Shown in pieces: positions 29,801-41,908 of a DNA stretch of 64,000 nucleotides. The notes under the pieces are model-generated. The model searched no databases. It was not told the origin of the DNA and saw only the letters and a program-made list of their open reading frames with translations. The stretch's first letter is position 1. Every line of letters begins with the position of its first letter. The position numbers and the translations under genes are program-made. Origin of the DNA: Phallusia mammillata. Lineage: Eukaryota. The DNA lies in NCBI GenBank assembly GCA_965637545.1, contig OZ281496.1, forward strand, positions 23,002,001 to 23,066,000, written 5' to 3'.

Positions 29801-30772
29801 CCAAACGACCAGCTATTTGAAACTATTTTTCATGCATGTTTTTCGAATAGTATAATCCAACTGTCAGTGTTTTTTGATCCATATGGGTAAAATGCCACGG
29901 GGTTAGCGACCAACAGTGTTATTTTCTCACAGTTAGGACTGTCGAGAAGATGAATCGGGCACAGCGGGTAACGGACATAGCCTCCGCCGGGGTTTAGCGT
30001 TTTTTAACTGGCACCATGTTGTTCTTATCGCCGTTGAGCCGGAATTAGCAACAAGAAACAAAACAACAAAAAGGGGCGGGAAACAACACAGGCCGAGGCA
30101 CCAAGTCCGTGGTGTCAGGCTACGCGGCCTCGCTTTGTGGCCAGTGTTTGAGGCGGTATTATTATAACAGGGCCCTCACATCAACGGACCTTGCCAATAG
30201 AGCACCTGAATGCCCGTGTTTCGAAACAAAGGTCCCCGGCGCTGTCTAAACAATTACGACGTGAAGAGGTGCGTGAAAAAGGCCACAAAGCAGCGAAACA
30301 GAATCAACAAGGTGTTAACGAGCCGACTTACAGGTATTCCCGATGTTACGCTATGTTCTGAGACAACGCTTACAACGTTTTCTGATGTAGCCATTTTTTT
30401 AGTAGCAAAAGGCTTGTTGTTGATAACCTCAGCGGTTTGATGGCGGTTATATTACAAGACCACGATATAGATTTAGTTCAACCTCATTTGATCAATACTG
30501 ACATAGAAAGACCACATTTGTATCGATCGTAACACTAGCCTACTGCACCGTTCCGCATACCTGATCAACAAAATAGTTTCTTTTCCTCCATATCTATAAC
30601 CGAAACATAAGAAATCAACTTACGTTGGGTTTGATTTCGACGTATTCCAGTAAATCGGGTCCAATGTTCGGCCTTCGACCACACTGCACTCCATAACCCA
30701 GATCATAATACTGAGTACGATCGCGAAAATGGTTAGTTCCTCCATTCTCAGTCTAAACATCATACAACGCAT
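5418..30772 (-). CDS. EFNB: Ephrin-B (transmembrane ephrin), complete 5-exon CDS, 345 aa
   Basis: Exons 30624-30772, 22574-22848, 15327-15425, 6900-7019, 5418-5812 join in frame (1038 nt; intron phases 2,1,1,1, as recalled for vertebrate EFNB genes). The product has a signal peptide, an ephrin receptor-binding domain (DKLDIICP...FQEISPSPWGLEF...STSDGT...GGVC...MKI), a Pro/Thr-rich stalk, a TM helix (LVIGIVLGACAVLFVVLIAFLGY), a basic stop-transfer segment and a cytoplasmic tail ending VVAV. Confidence 0.95.
6900..7019 (-). CDS. EFNB: Ephrin-B coding exon 4 (Pro/Val/Thr-rich stalk)
   Basis: (D)DQYVPRPAPAVVDPPTSDVTVVRPPTHEVVNVEEQKHEK; 120 nt, phase 1-1; acceptor ctattacag, donor gtaagt. Confidence 0.85.
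15327..15425 (-). CDS. EFNB: Ephrin-B coding exon 3 (end of ephrin domain)
   Basis: (S)TSDGTKDGIDNKKGGVCQDHNMKIELRVHKTS; 99 nt, phase 1-1; acceptor ctattacag, donor gtatgg. Confidence 0.94.
22574..22848 (-). CDS. EFNB: Ephrin-B coding exon 2 (core ephrin domain)
   Basis: FKAGSQSSIDVALLDKLDIICPRRGRDTGDHFFKLFLVSKENFGTCNATGGRRLITCDVPQQEKKYTFYFQEISPSPWGLEFEPNKAYYVI, flanked by a tag acceptor and a gtaagt donor. Confidence 0.96.
28938..28979. promoter_or_regulatory. Candidate intronic cis-regulatory cluster: CRE, 18-bp palindrome with E-box, paired GATA sites
   Basis: TGACGTCA at 28938-28945; perfect palindrome TATCGTCACGTGACGATA at 28956-28973; GATAATTATC at 28970-28979. Lies in ephrin-B intron 1. 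Function is inferred only. Confidence 0.3.
30624..30772 (-). CDS. EFNB: Ephrin-B coding exon 1 (signal peptide plus RTLDPIYWNTSKSNP)
   Basis: ATG at 30772-30770; hydrophobic signal peptide LTIFAIVLSIMIWVMECSVVEG; gtaagt donor immediately below 30624. A strong acceptor (ttttgttttttcag) at 30958-30971 marks the likely 5' edge of this exon (cis- or trans-splice). Confidence 0.9.
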
Positions 30773-32223
30773 CAACGGTACGGGACCGATTGGTGCTTGC
30801 TGGATTCTAAAGTTGATGTGTGGTGAAATGTGTTGCTTCAGCTAATGCAGTAGCTTCCTTTCGAAAAGTTACGTTTTAAGTCCAGTAGCACGACTGGTAT
30901 GAGCAGCGTTGTGCTTCTTTCCGTTGCAGTGAAGTATCTTAGGTTTCACAATTATTTCTGAAAAACAAAAATTATTCCATATACTCGGGTGCGTCTACAA
31001 TACCCAAATGTTTATCAGAAGTTAGAACTAAATGAGATTTTTGTAACTTGCAACTGGACATGCATTTCAAATTTCACTGATTGCGTTTAGCACTGCGTCC
31101 TTGCTTCGAACCTTGGCTGATCAATATATCGCGGCGAACGGTGAACGACTGACAGACCGCGACAGGTCTTGTCTTGGTCATTTTTAACTCAGCCATAATG
31201 ACCATCGATCACACTGGACTGGTGCAATGTATCGCTTGAAGGCCTAAATGCTCCCTTGCTCTGCTTGCTGCTTGCACCAACCAAAACCGACGAACTACAT
31301 GTGCCCGGTAACCCCGGTTAACGTTTAAAGTGGAGAAATTTCCGTGGTCTAGTGACAAACATTGATAATCCGAAGGTTTCTTTACGGGCATCTACACTTT
31401 TGCCTTTTCTGCCGACTGTTTCACACTACCGGTTGATTGACACTTGACATACATTGCCTTTCTTTAAATCAACTTCTCTGATGTTTTTAATTTAGACAAT
31501 TTGCCTGTCTATTCTGTGTAGCAAAGACACCAAGAGTGTAGACTAAATCTGCTTGAATATACTACGAAGTTTTGCGAGTGTTTCCTGCGCGATTACACTC
31601 TAAAATATCAAATCCTATTGCAACATCGCTGACGCAACAAATCCCTCTAAACCAAATCTTCTCATCATGGCAATGCGACAGGCCGCGACGTTCTAGTGAA
31701 GTGAGAGGACAGACTGACCCGCTGGCTTACTTCGCCTTTTTCTCGATGCGTTCTTGGGTTTTGAGCAGAAAACGAATCCCCGAGGCAACACCGCGTCGGC
31801 CTCGCTGACAAAAGCAGGTAAACTGCGCGTCTGGCGACTCCGGGTAATTTTTCTTTTGTCTTTATACGTCATCCATTGTTCGTTGACGCGCGCGCGTTCG
31901 ACTTTCAACGGTGCGCACGAGTGCCACCTGACGGAAAACTTACGATTAACTAAGACGAATAATGATAGCAAACTCTAAGCACAACCAGGCTGTTGCTGCC
32001 AGGCAAAATGTACAAACGTGTATTGCTCTTCCAGCAGTTTTATAATAAATAACGACGTTTCGACGACCCATATGAGACGCTTTCATCAGAAGAATGGCAT
32101 ATTGTAATACAAATTTAGCGTCACATGTCACTTAATAATCAAGCGCATTATACTTTCAGTATCCTGAAACGAATTCTCATTTTCCGATAGTTTGCGGAAA
32201 GTTAAAGCTTAGAACAAAACTGT

Positions 32224-32460
32224 GCAAGTGACAACGAGGCTTGCTGCTTTCTTATTTCCACCTCTACGTTATCATAGGTGGAGCAATATTTGCCACTTGA
32301 AAACTTTTTCCACTTGCACTTTGCATCAACTATCTTTATCGCCGTGCGAAGTGCTAGTCTGCGCCTCCCTCTTATCACACACACACTCTTATCTCCAGGC
32401 CTACTGCAAATACATTTATCATAGGAATACAGCCTTCGATAGTCACGCCTATGGCGATAA
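32224..32460. promoter_or_regulatory. GATA-site cluster upstream of ephrin-B (candidate enhancer)
   Basis: Eight GATA/TATC cores within 32270-32459, a repeated TTATCATAGG (32269 and 32416) and three CAAGTG/CACTTG motifs (32225, 32294, 32311), 1.5-1.7 kb upstream of the ATG. Confidence 0.4.
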
Positions 32461-35400
32461 ATTTTAACTGTAAATATGTATTGTAACTTAAATATTTAAC
32501 TGATTAAAGCGTTAGCCGTTTAGGTGTATTGCGCTTTATGGGTTACTCGGGGTTGAACTTTGCCTCAACTGTTAACTGAAGATATGGGGCATAGCATTAG
32601 TCATTTTGTTACTCACTCTTCTGTTTACATTAAAAACTAATCTATTTCCGTGAATTTTGTGCCGAAGACAGCGGTTATACCTCTCCATTTAATTAAAAAT
32701 TTAGTATTTTGCTTTCTCCCAAAAAGCGACATAAGGAATTTAAATAGTCAATCGTACCATTTTCTCATCATTTTAACGCTGAGGTCACAAGGAATGACAT
32801 ACAATTGCCTTTTGCTTTTACGTTTTAAAACTAAACTGTTATTTAGGTGTTCTGCGCATATTTCTTCAGCGTTAACACCAAGATTTAAAAAAAATCAAAT
32901 TATTTCCATCATTAACAGAGAATGAAAAATATTTTCAAGTAATGCCATCTGTCAATGAATTCACATGAAATATATATATTTCGCCCAACTGGCATCTTCA
33001 GTTGCATTTTCAAACGGAATCCATGATTCTGTTACTTAAAAAAAATATTTTCCATTCTCAGTTATTTATTGTCACAAACAGTGATCGTCAATGACCATGC
33101 TGTCTGTTGGAGGGTCTGATATTGTTCAGTATACTAATTTCTAACATTACATTTCCCCTTAAAAAATTTAGGACTTATATGATTTAGTTTCGTCTCTGTC
33201 CTCTCGCGACGATCTGGACAAACGTGTTTGACAGATAAATACGAGTGTCACCGATGAGCAATCAAAAGGAAATCGCTAGGTAACATTTACACGCAAACAT
33301 TTCGTCAGTTGTGGGCGAACGGGTCAGTTTGTTTGTGGTCAGTCTCGGTTTTGATCGGCTTCGGTTAGCTGGCAGAGTCCTGTCGTGCTTCCAACGTTCC
33401 GACTAGTTGCTGGGAAACATGGTTGAAGAAATATGACACTGTGTAATTCTTTTGGACCCATTTATTCTTTGAGTTATATGTTTATCCCAATTTTTGACAC
33501 ACGGCTTTTGTGAAAAGAAGTTTTTCTATTGTAGAGAACGGCCATCTTAACAAATTTTTGCTTCAATGTCCGATGAAAATTATTTTTATGGTCACATCTT
33601 CTACAGTATTTTCTTTGGAAATTGTAAGCAGCAAAACAACCAAAAAAATTTAAATCACAAACACTTGTCGGCCATATGTAGTGAAAGTAGTTTACATTTA
33701 TTAGCTTTGAAGAATTTGTGGAACAGCTGTTCACAACGACTTGATTGCTGAGGGGAAAACATGAAACTTTTGCACTATAGAGAATGCTTTTGTCTCATTC
33801 CCGTAAGCTAGTCCTAATATCAACTCACTTATAGGCTATTCGCCTTAACTTATGTCTGTCAAACTCGGTTTCATTTCCGTTGACTTTATTTGTACACTGT
33901 CGCATTTTTACAGGCTATGAAGCGACACAACACAGTCAGTGTGCAAGTGACGTAACCTAGCAACAAACTGTAGAGCGCATGTTGTTTACCTTTGAAAAAC
34001 GAAACAAGAGCTGCAATGAAATCGGTCGGTCGAATGAACCCACGTAACTTTGCCGGTTAATTATTTATCTCTTGCCCATAAAGATTTACCAGTACTAGGG
34101 TATTATGTACACACAGGCGTCAACTGTAGACAAGGTACACAGAAATGGAAAAACGGTGGATAAGCCAGCGCTTGTCCAACAGCCCGCTTCCCAAGCCGAA
34201 TCAACACAGAATTAATCATCCTGTCTGAAAACAGGACGAGACGCGATGTTGCAAGTCTTGTTAAACACCCGAAGACCATTATGCGATTGTAATATATGTT
34301 TATTAAGGGCTTTATGTCAGGAATTGTGATTTGTTAAAATGTCCAAATGCTTAGAAGACGGAAAACAAATATTGACTATGTTTAAGCAGTTTTGGTCCTA
34401 CAAATGGACGATTTCCTTGACATGTCACATGCCCTAAAACTGTTGCAAAAACAAAATATAGCAATACCAGTTACGCCTTGTTCGTAGTGAATTGGATCTT
34501 TCAGCTTAAACCTGTTCACATTTTAGATGCGTTGTACTTTTACCACAAACATAAGTGTGTGAATGCACAACAAACGTGATTCGCAGTGATTAAGTTGTCT
34601 TGTCTGGGCCCAATAGTTCAGATGATATAAATTGTGGTTACTTTGATCAAGATAGCATGTCGTTGCCTAACACATTCGCCGTTAAGGCGCATGTGTTTGA
34701 CGATGACAAAATTGTTTGTAGGTGCTACTGCTGTAGGCTATCTTATTTGCCACAAAGACATTAACCCGTATTAATATTATCTAAAATATAAGCTACAATA
34801 AAGTTACGACTATTAAATTCTGGTTTACGATGCTTCAATTTTCTTTGCCTGATGAAAAAACAAAGAAATTTTCTCCTGGAAACAAACGTTATTGATCTTA
34901 GCCAAACTTTTGTTGGTTTAATAGTGGTCGTTCGCTTTAAATAGCCTTGTTTTTCTAAAAATCAATTTTAGCAACGCGCATTCTGACCACACCAACGCAA
35001 ACACATTTCAGCAGTTGCTGATTGCCCATTTCGACAAACAACTAGTTGTTTACCTAAATATGTTTTTTTTTTAAAAGCCTATCTTTTGTAATTCAACATT
35101 ATTTCTATCGCAATGGTTTCCTAACGTAAAAATACCCTACATTTTCAAATAATCGCGGGAACGTTAATGGCATATGACTTGTCATATTGATTCACTTTTT
35201 CCTTCTTGCAATTTGAATACCAGTTGATTTGTATGATAAAAAGGTCCCGACAGTAACAAAAACCAGTTTTTCTAAACTGTTTGTGGGCTGACATTTGGTC
35301 TCAGTTTGTTTTTTTCTTTATCATCAGTGTAAAAAGTTGCTATGTTATAAAACTTTTTACACAGTTTCCCCCATAAAGCATCACCCATGCAAAACTAAAG

Positions 35401-38400
35401 ATAAATGCTAAGTCATTTGTCTGTAAAATTACCCGATGTATTCAAAAAAGAATTTTGAAACATCTCGAGCAGTTCTGAAACCGTTAAACGAGAGGGCGTG
35501 CATCCCTACGTGGCGATCAATATTGAACTCATTAACTTTGTCAGACAAAACAGTTTGAGCCAAGTTAGCACGCAGCCAGTTTTGAGCGGGTGTTAATAGG
35601 TGTTCAATAAAACATGTTGAGGCCCTTGGCACACGAAACACATCAGGTCACAAAATGTTGATTTTAGTACCTGATGCATATTGAGTAAGTGATCCTGTAG
35701 GTGGAATAATATATCAAAGCGTTGTTCTGCAAGCAGTTTGTTATAACCCAACTGTGGTTGGATTTCCAGACCTGATTGGGTTTCCTGCGTACAACGGGCG
35801 CCTACGCTTTCATAAATTATTAAAGCATGTTTTGGATTACTATGTGCACAAGGACTGATATCTGCCGCTCTCTTGATGTTTGCTTTACCACCAATCGTGA
35901 TTCAGAGCATTCTCTGGCCGCAGGTGAAATGTTTCATATTCCTGTGTTTCCACTGGTTACGACATGCCTCCGCTTAAAGTCGGCGGCAAAGTGTAAACAC
36001 CACGACCTGAGAACTCGACTTTCTGACCGCAAGTTTAAGATGATACTTTCCGTAGGGTGACCCGGTCAGTTTTCCGTGAGCTAATGTTTATCTTTTACAT
36101 GTGTACACAACAGTGATGTCCCATATGTCAAGCCGTGTCCACGTTAAGAGAAATGAACAGTGCTAATAGTTACGAAAATTCCTTGTCAATAGGTTCTTGG
36201 TACATCGTGTCAAAACGCTTGTTTACAACCTGACAGTTGAAAACCGTAAAATTGGTTTTAATCTAATGCGATCTCTCGGTCCCTATTCAAATAGAATCTA
36301 TTAAGGCTTTAGGCTGTACTGAGACGATTTTCGAATTGATAAAACCCGTCAAGATACACTGGAATAATAAACAAGGTGCTTTCATGCCTCATATGCTCAT
36401 CCTATACTGTCAATCTGTGGGAATGCCATCCCGAGATATAAAACTCGAATAGGAGAAGATATATTTGAGTTCAACTCTCTTGGCGCATAAGTCAAAGGTG
36501 TTTTCATACTGATTGGATGATACTCCTTGCTTTTGAAATGTGCTTGAAGAGGTCTCTAAATAGTTTGATGTAAAATCGACAGTGCATACTGGTTCTATAC
36601 CCATGAACTATAATATAACGTAAGTTAATGTCTTGAAACATAACTTCCATCGTGTTTTGAAGCTTTCTTTTATGTGTATTTCTTTTGTTTGACAAAGAGG
36701 ATTACATTGAAAGCAGACAGTTGATTTCCCAAAAAACAACTGGTTTAAGGCTGAAAACCTTTTATGCAGCTCTGATGACATTTTTAGTCAGGATTAAACC
36801 TCTGTTCAGTGTCACGTTGCTGAAGGATGTCTCTTGGGATTTATCCTTTAACACAGCCAATGTTGCCATGCAGAAAAGGGTTTTAATCAATTTGCCGGAT
36901 GTGGACAGGAAGCGTGTGTCAAGCGCCACATTTGCAATCGAATTTTTGTTCGAGATTGCTGACGCCAAATTTAATCGACGTTCGGGCGTGCCGATAAAAT
37001 TTATTCACGTCTGATGAAGTGTTACTAAGAAGTGTTTGTCTCGGAACATCGGTCAGTCGTTTGTAGCGAAGAAAATGTTACCCGCTAATGGACATGAAAA
37101 TTATCATTTTCAAACGCGAGATGATTTGTTTAAAATACTCCGGCTTAAAGCAAGTTTTCTGCCTGTACGTGTTTGTGGCCACGACAAACGGTATAAAAAC
37201 GCACCTCCTCTCATGGGTGAAACATTCCTTCGTTTGGCAGTTTTCAATCAAAGTTCAACGGCAGGAAAAGGTCCTCCTGCGTTTGCTGGTATCGCAAAAC
37301 AAATAAACATACTTGATACGAACATAAGTTTATGGGGTGTCTCCCTATCGATAAGGTGCTTTATCTTAGCTCCAACATTCTGCTATATGTTGTTCTTGTC
37401 TTTGTGTTTATTGCTTTGCAAATGGCGGTTCTGCCGTGTCAATACACTTTACAATAAAGCAGGGGCCAGGATTGCAAAACACCATCGTTTTAAGACAATC
37501 GGTTGCCTGTTTCTGTCGGCACAGATATGTGGGAGAACTGGTAGCCTAAACGTAAATGGTCTGCACATATAATTGGGTAGAGCTATCCCCCACAGGCCTG
37601 AAACAACTTTAATGTAACTGAATATTTTGACAATTCTGTCAACATTAATTCAACCCAACTTAAATGTAAATATAAGATAGCTCTCGATGTGAAAATTTTG
37701 GACGATTTTGCCTCTTGCGCATAACAAAGTCAGGGTAAATGTTTTTTAATCCAGTTTTAAGATACAGACCGATTGTGCCACATATGGTGCAGAACAACGT
37801 TTTCTTCACACATATTTACCTAATTTCAGTATGATCTGCATTATGTCCCGTCATTGCGTTTTAACGTATTTTTACGAGGTATTTAAGAGTAACCTGAGAC
37901 ATCCATAACACATAAAAGCCAGTAGTTTGGAAAATGACTGTCGATTTATTCTCGAGATGTGTTAGAAGTCAAGCACTGTGTTGTATAGCAATGGACAATC
38001 CGACCCAAAGCAGTAAAGTCAATTAGCTGCTTGTTGTAGGGCAGTTGTACATTGAAGCACCGGCGGCTTTCGACAGTTAATGCCCATTGTTCTCATAAGG
38101 TGCACAAAAGATGCAAGAACGGCGCAAACCTTTGATAGGATTTGCATGCATCGCGGCTGTCGCTTTTGATTCAAACAAACGGTGATTTGCTAATCAGGTG
38201 GACGCTCGTTTTCCCTACTGGGTCGTGTGCTTTACGAGGCATCGTCGCAAGAACGATTTATGGCACAAGACGAAGTGGGGCGCGTGGATTTTGAACGGGT
38301 CGCCTTCCAACCTTTGCGACACGACACATCGAATCACCGTGAGTTACTAGCAAACTATATCATGTCATATCCACTTTGATGTGACTGTAAATACGCAAAT

Positions 38401-39374
38401 TTATTGCACGCCCGATCTCTCCTTCAAAAAATACAACCAAGATCGTAGCAAGACGTTTTAATCTAGTTCTTTTTATAAGTTATATTTTTGCTTGGATGTT
38501 GAGATGTTTTAGCAATCGCAGCCGATGTTAAAATGTGCAAGTTAAGTCCTTATTAGCAATATCCCGAGTGGCCTACGTATGACAAACCAGCAGTCATATA
38601 GCCGCTTAGCTTTATTAAAATATGACTTCACTCTAACCGCATTGTTTTTAAACAATCTGACTCAAGTTTAGAAATCGTTTGCACCAATACAATTGGTTTA
38701 ACATATTTAGATTCCCATCTAATTGCGTCGAAAGTAAATTAGGTTTGATATGAGGGCTTACAAATTTTAAGTTACCTGAAAATATTTCCTACAACATTAT
38801 ATAGATGATTGCCAGAGAATTTTTTGGGTTTAAAAGCTAGCACGCTCAACTTTATGCTAAAACCGCTACCATGTTGAGTCTTGGTAATTCCTTTTTGTTT
38901 TTTTAACTTACAAGTCAAAGCAAGGGGCTGCAGAAGCGGAGACAGCGGCGGTAATCCTTGATCCGTTCAATTCCCACAGAAGCGTGTCGCGATAAGACCT
39001 GGTGTGTGTATGTGCAGGTGGAAAAGTGGGTTGCATTGCTCTCCCTGCTGAACACCGACGTGCGCAAATCGCTACCCGACTTGGACTTTGGTTTCACCGA
39101 TGACGTAGAAAAGCGTAACAGTTGCATTCGTTTGTGACCTTAACGGGGTCGATCATAAAATGGTGGTCAAATTTTAGAATGTTCTTTATTTTACCGTTTT
39201 AAGCACTATTACCATCGCATATTTTTCAAGTCAACATAAAAGAGCAAGAGTGTTAACTTATAAAAAAGACACCAGAAAGCGATGGATAAAACTGAAATTT
39301 GGACAAACGGTTGGAATTTGACATAATGCGCTAGTTAGCAGCATCTAGCGGCATGTAGGTTGATTGAGTTATTC

Positions 39375-39594
39375 GGTAGAACTACTAACACCGGGATTTG
39401 GCTTAGGCCCGGGCTGAGAACTTCTGGTAGGTGGCGCAACAGAGCATGGGCGTTTATAGTGCTGACTCAGCAATTATTCTTACCATAAACCAAAATTGCT
39501 GCAACAGCACCATAAACGCCTATGCTCCGTTGCGCCACCTACCAGAAGTTCTTAGACCGGGCCTAAGCCAAATCTCAGTGTTAGTAGCTCTACC
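39375..39594. mobile_element. Foldback / Mutator-like non-autonomous element (220 bp, ~100-bp TIRs, 9-bp TSD)
   Basis: Begins GGTAGAACTACTAACAC and ends GTGTTAGTAGCTCTACC; the arms are ~90% complementary around an ~18-nt loop; GAGTTATTC is repeated exactly on both sides (39366-39374 and 39595-39603). Confidence 0.85.
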
Positions 39595-40123
39595 GAGTTA
39601 TTCGCACAGAGCCCTTTAAATGAAAGCATTTAAATTCGTTTGTGCGATTTGGTTGGGTTTATTTTGGGTAAACATTTCGTAATTTTTTTGGAAATTAGCT
39701 ATGCTATAAAGAAACAGGTAATAAAACACAAACCATATACTAACTGGTTGAAAACAAAACAACCTGACATGTTACTTACTTACTTTAGAAATGGGTGAAA
39801 ACAAAACATCCTTGCATGTGCACAACAAAAACGTGTGTAGCTAATTTTTATTGAAATCTAAAAAGTCCGTTTGTAAAATATATTTAAAAACTGTAATGAT
39901 TTCTATGAAATTTAAGTAAAGTTTGTAACTTTCTATGGCACTGACTGCGAAATTTTTCACACACGCTGCAGTTTGTTTGTTTGTTTACTCACACTTGTTT
40001 GGTGTGAGTTTTCTCAGTTCAGAACTATTTTACGCAATGACCAAAGCTCCATTAAAGGATTGTACAATGAAATTTGTGGCATTCACGTTAACAAACTGAA
40101 GCTTTAACACATGTGAATGCAGC

Positions 40124-41908
40124 ATGAGGTGGAAACCGTTATGTATGCTTCAAGGTTTTGCCTGTATTGCGGTATTTATGTTTCTCTTGGTGTTTTGGTT
40201 GAGTTCTGAAGCAAAATCAAGTCAGAATCTGTACAAACAGCTCAGGCAAAGAAGGAACTTTGAACTGCTAACTGTCAATGAAAGACTTTTTGTTGAAAAG
40301 AACCAAAACTTTGTAGTGCCTAAACAACAGGTTATACCTGCAAACTCATTTGTCAATGAAGAAGTCCAAACAAAGGTTGCTGTTGTACCAGTCCAAAATG
40401 TGGAAGAGGTTCCGAAAGCATCCAATCAAAGAGAAGCTTTGCTTATTTTGACATCAATGCGGACTGGTTCATCTTTTACTGGACAATTTTTTAACCAGCA
40501 TCCTGATGTTTTCTACATTTTTGAACCACTGTTTCCATTCCATGATTCGTAAGTGTTTTTTTTGTGCAGTTTTCTTTTCAAGAATAAATGTTTTATTTCT
40601 CAGGTGCAAAATTGCAGTAGAAAAGAAGATAGAAGTTCTTGAAGGTTTAATAAACTGCAATTTTACTGCTCTAAAGTTTTCAGTGGATGAAAGTCTGTAT
40701 AATGCCCAACAATTACTGAAAGTTGAGCAGTCAGCATCAAACCTTGATCATTTGAAACGAAGAATAAAAAACCTACAAACTTGCAAGCAATCAACAATTT
40801 GTTTTCGGTAAAGACATAAAAATCTTTTTTATGATGTGGTTCTGTATTACTTTGCTTTGTCATCGAATGATACTTGCTTAATTTAATATGTGACTTTTAA
40901 TGTTCTAGTCAGAGTACTAAAGCATTGTGTGGTAAAGACTTTTGTCCTCATGCACCATCATGCTCAAAGTGCAAAACTGTTCCAACTATGACTCAAATTG
41001 AAAGAAAATGCCAAGAAGCAAAGTTGGTTGTTATTAAAAGTGTGAGAACTTGTCATGTTGACTGGCTTTCCAAGTAAGTGAACAGACAATACTTTTTTCC
41101 CATGAAAACTATACAATTTTACCAATTTTAAGATTATTTTGTTGATTTGCCTTAGGACTTACAGTCGCACTGGTATTCCAGTTAAAATTTTGCACTTGGT
41201 TCGAGACCCAAGAGCTACAGGGTTGTCTCGCTTAACTATGCACAGAGGATTGGGCAATGCAACTCATGAAATGTTGGGAAATTGTCAAATTGATGCTAAA
41301 AATATGGAAACAAGGCAGGCTGTGGCTATTAAAAATGACCACTGGTTGACAAAACGGTACATGTTAGCCAGGTAAGTTAGTTTGTTTTTGTAAAAATGTT
41401 AATAGAACTATGATTTTTATGACTGTCTTGTTTTGAGGGTATTTGGCATTAATCCGGTATGTTGGTACAGCTGTATCATTTTCATGGCTGCATTGGCATC
41501 AACAATATTTGACTTAAACCGGAAATTTGCATTCATTTGTGACATATGCGTTGCAGGTATGAAGATATTTTGTCAAATGTTGCACAATTCCTCGATGACG
41601 TCACTGAGTTTTTAACACGTGACAGCAGTGTGTTGAAATCGGCGTCGTTTAATCTCACACACCCGGAAGTTACCAAATGGTTTAAGACGAACTCCCGTAC
41701 ATCGGGGGCCTCTATTTATAGTACTAGCCGAAATATATCTAAGCAGGCTTCCAAATGGCGAAAGACTATTCAACCTTCTTTAGCGTTTAGTATACAAAAA
41801 GCGTGTGAACATATGATGTCGCTGTTTGGCTATAAGCCATTAAAGCGCCCAGCCGATTTGCTCGATTTGTCAATAAGCTTATTGTCTCCACTGTCTAAGA
41901 CTGTGTAG
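40124..41908 (+). CDS. Golgi carbohydrate 6-O-sulfotransferase (Gal/GalNAc/GlcNAc-6-O-sulfotransferase, CHST1/3-like family), 453 aa
   Basis: Exons 40124-40548, 40604-40807, 40909-41073, 41156-41371, 41557-41908 join in frame (1362 nt). Type II signal-anchor, 5'-PSB motif [27 protein letters not shown], 3'-PB motif LHLVRDPRA...SR, RYED, W and C-terminal FGY motifs. Confidence 0.93.
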
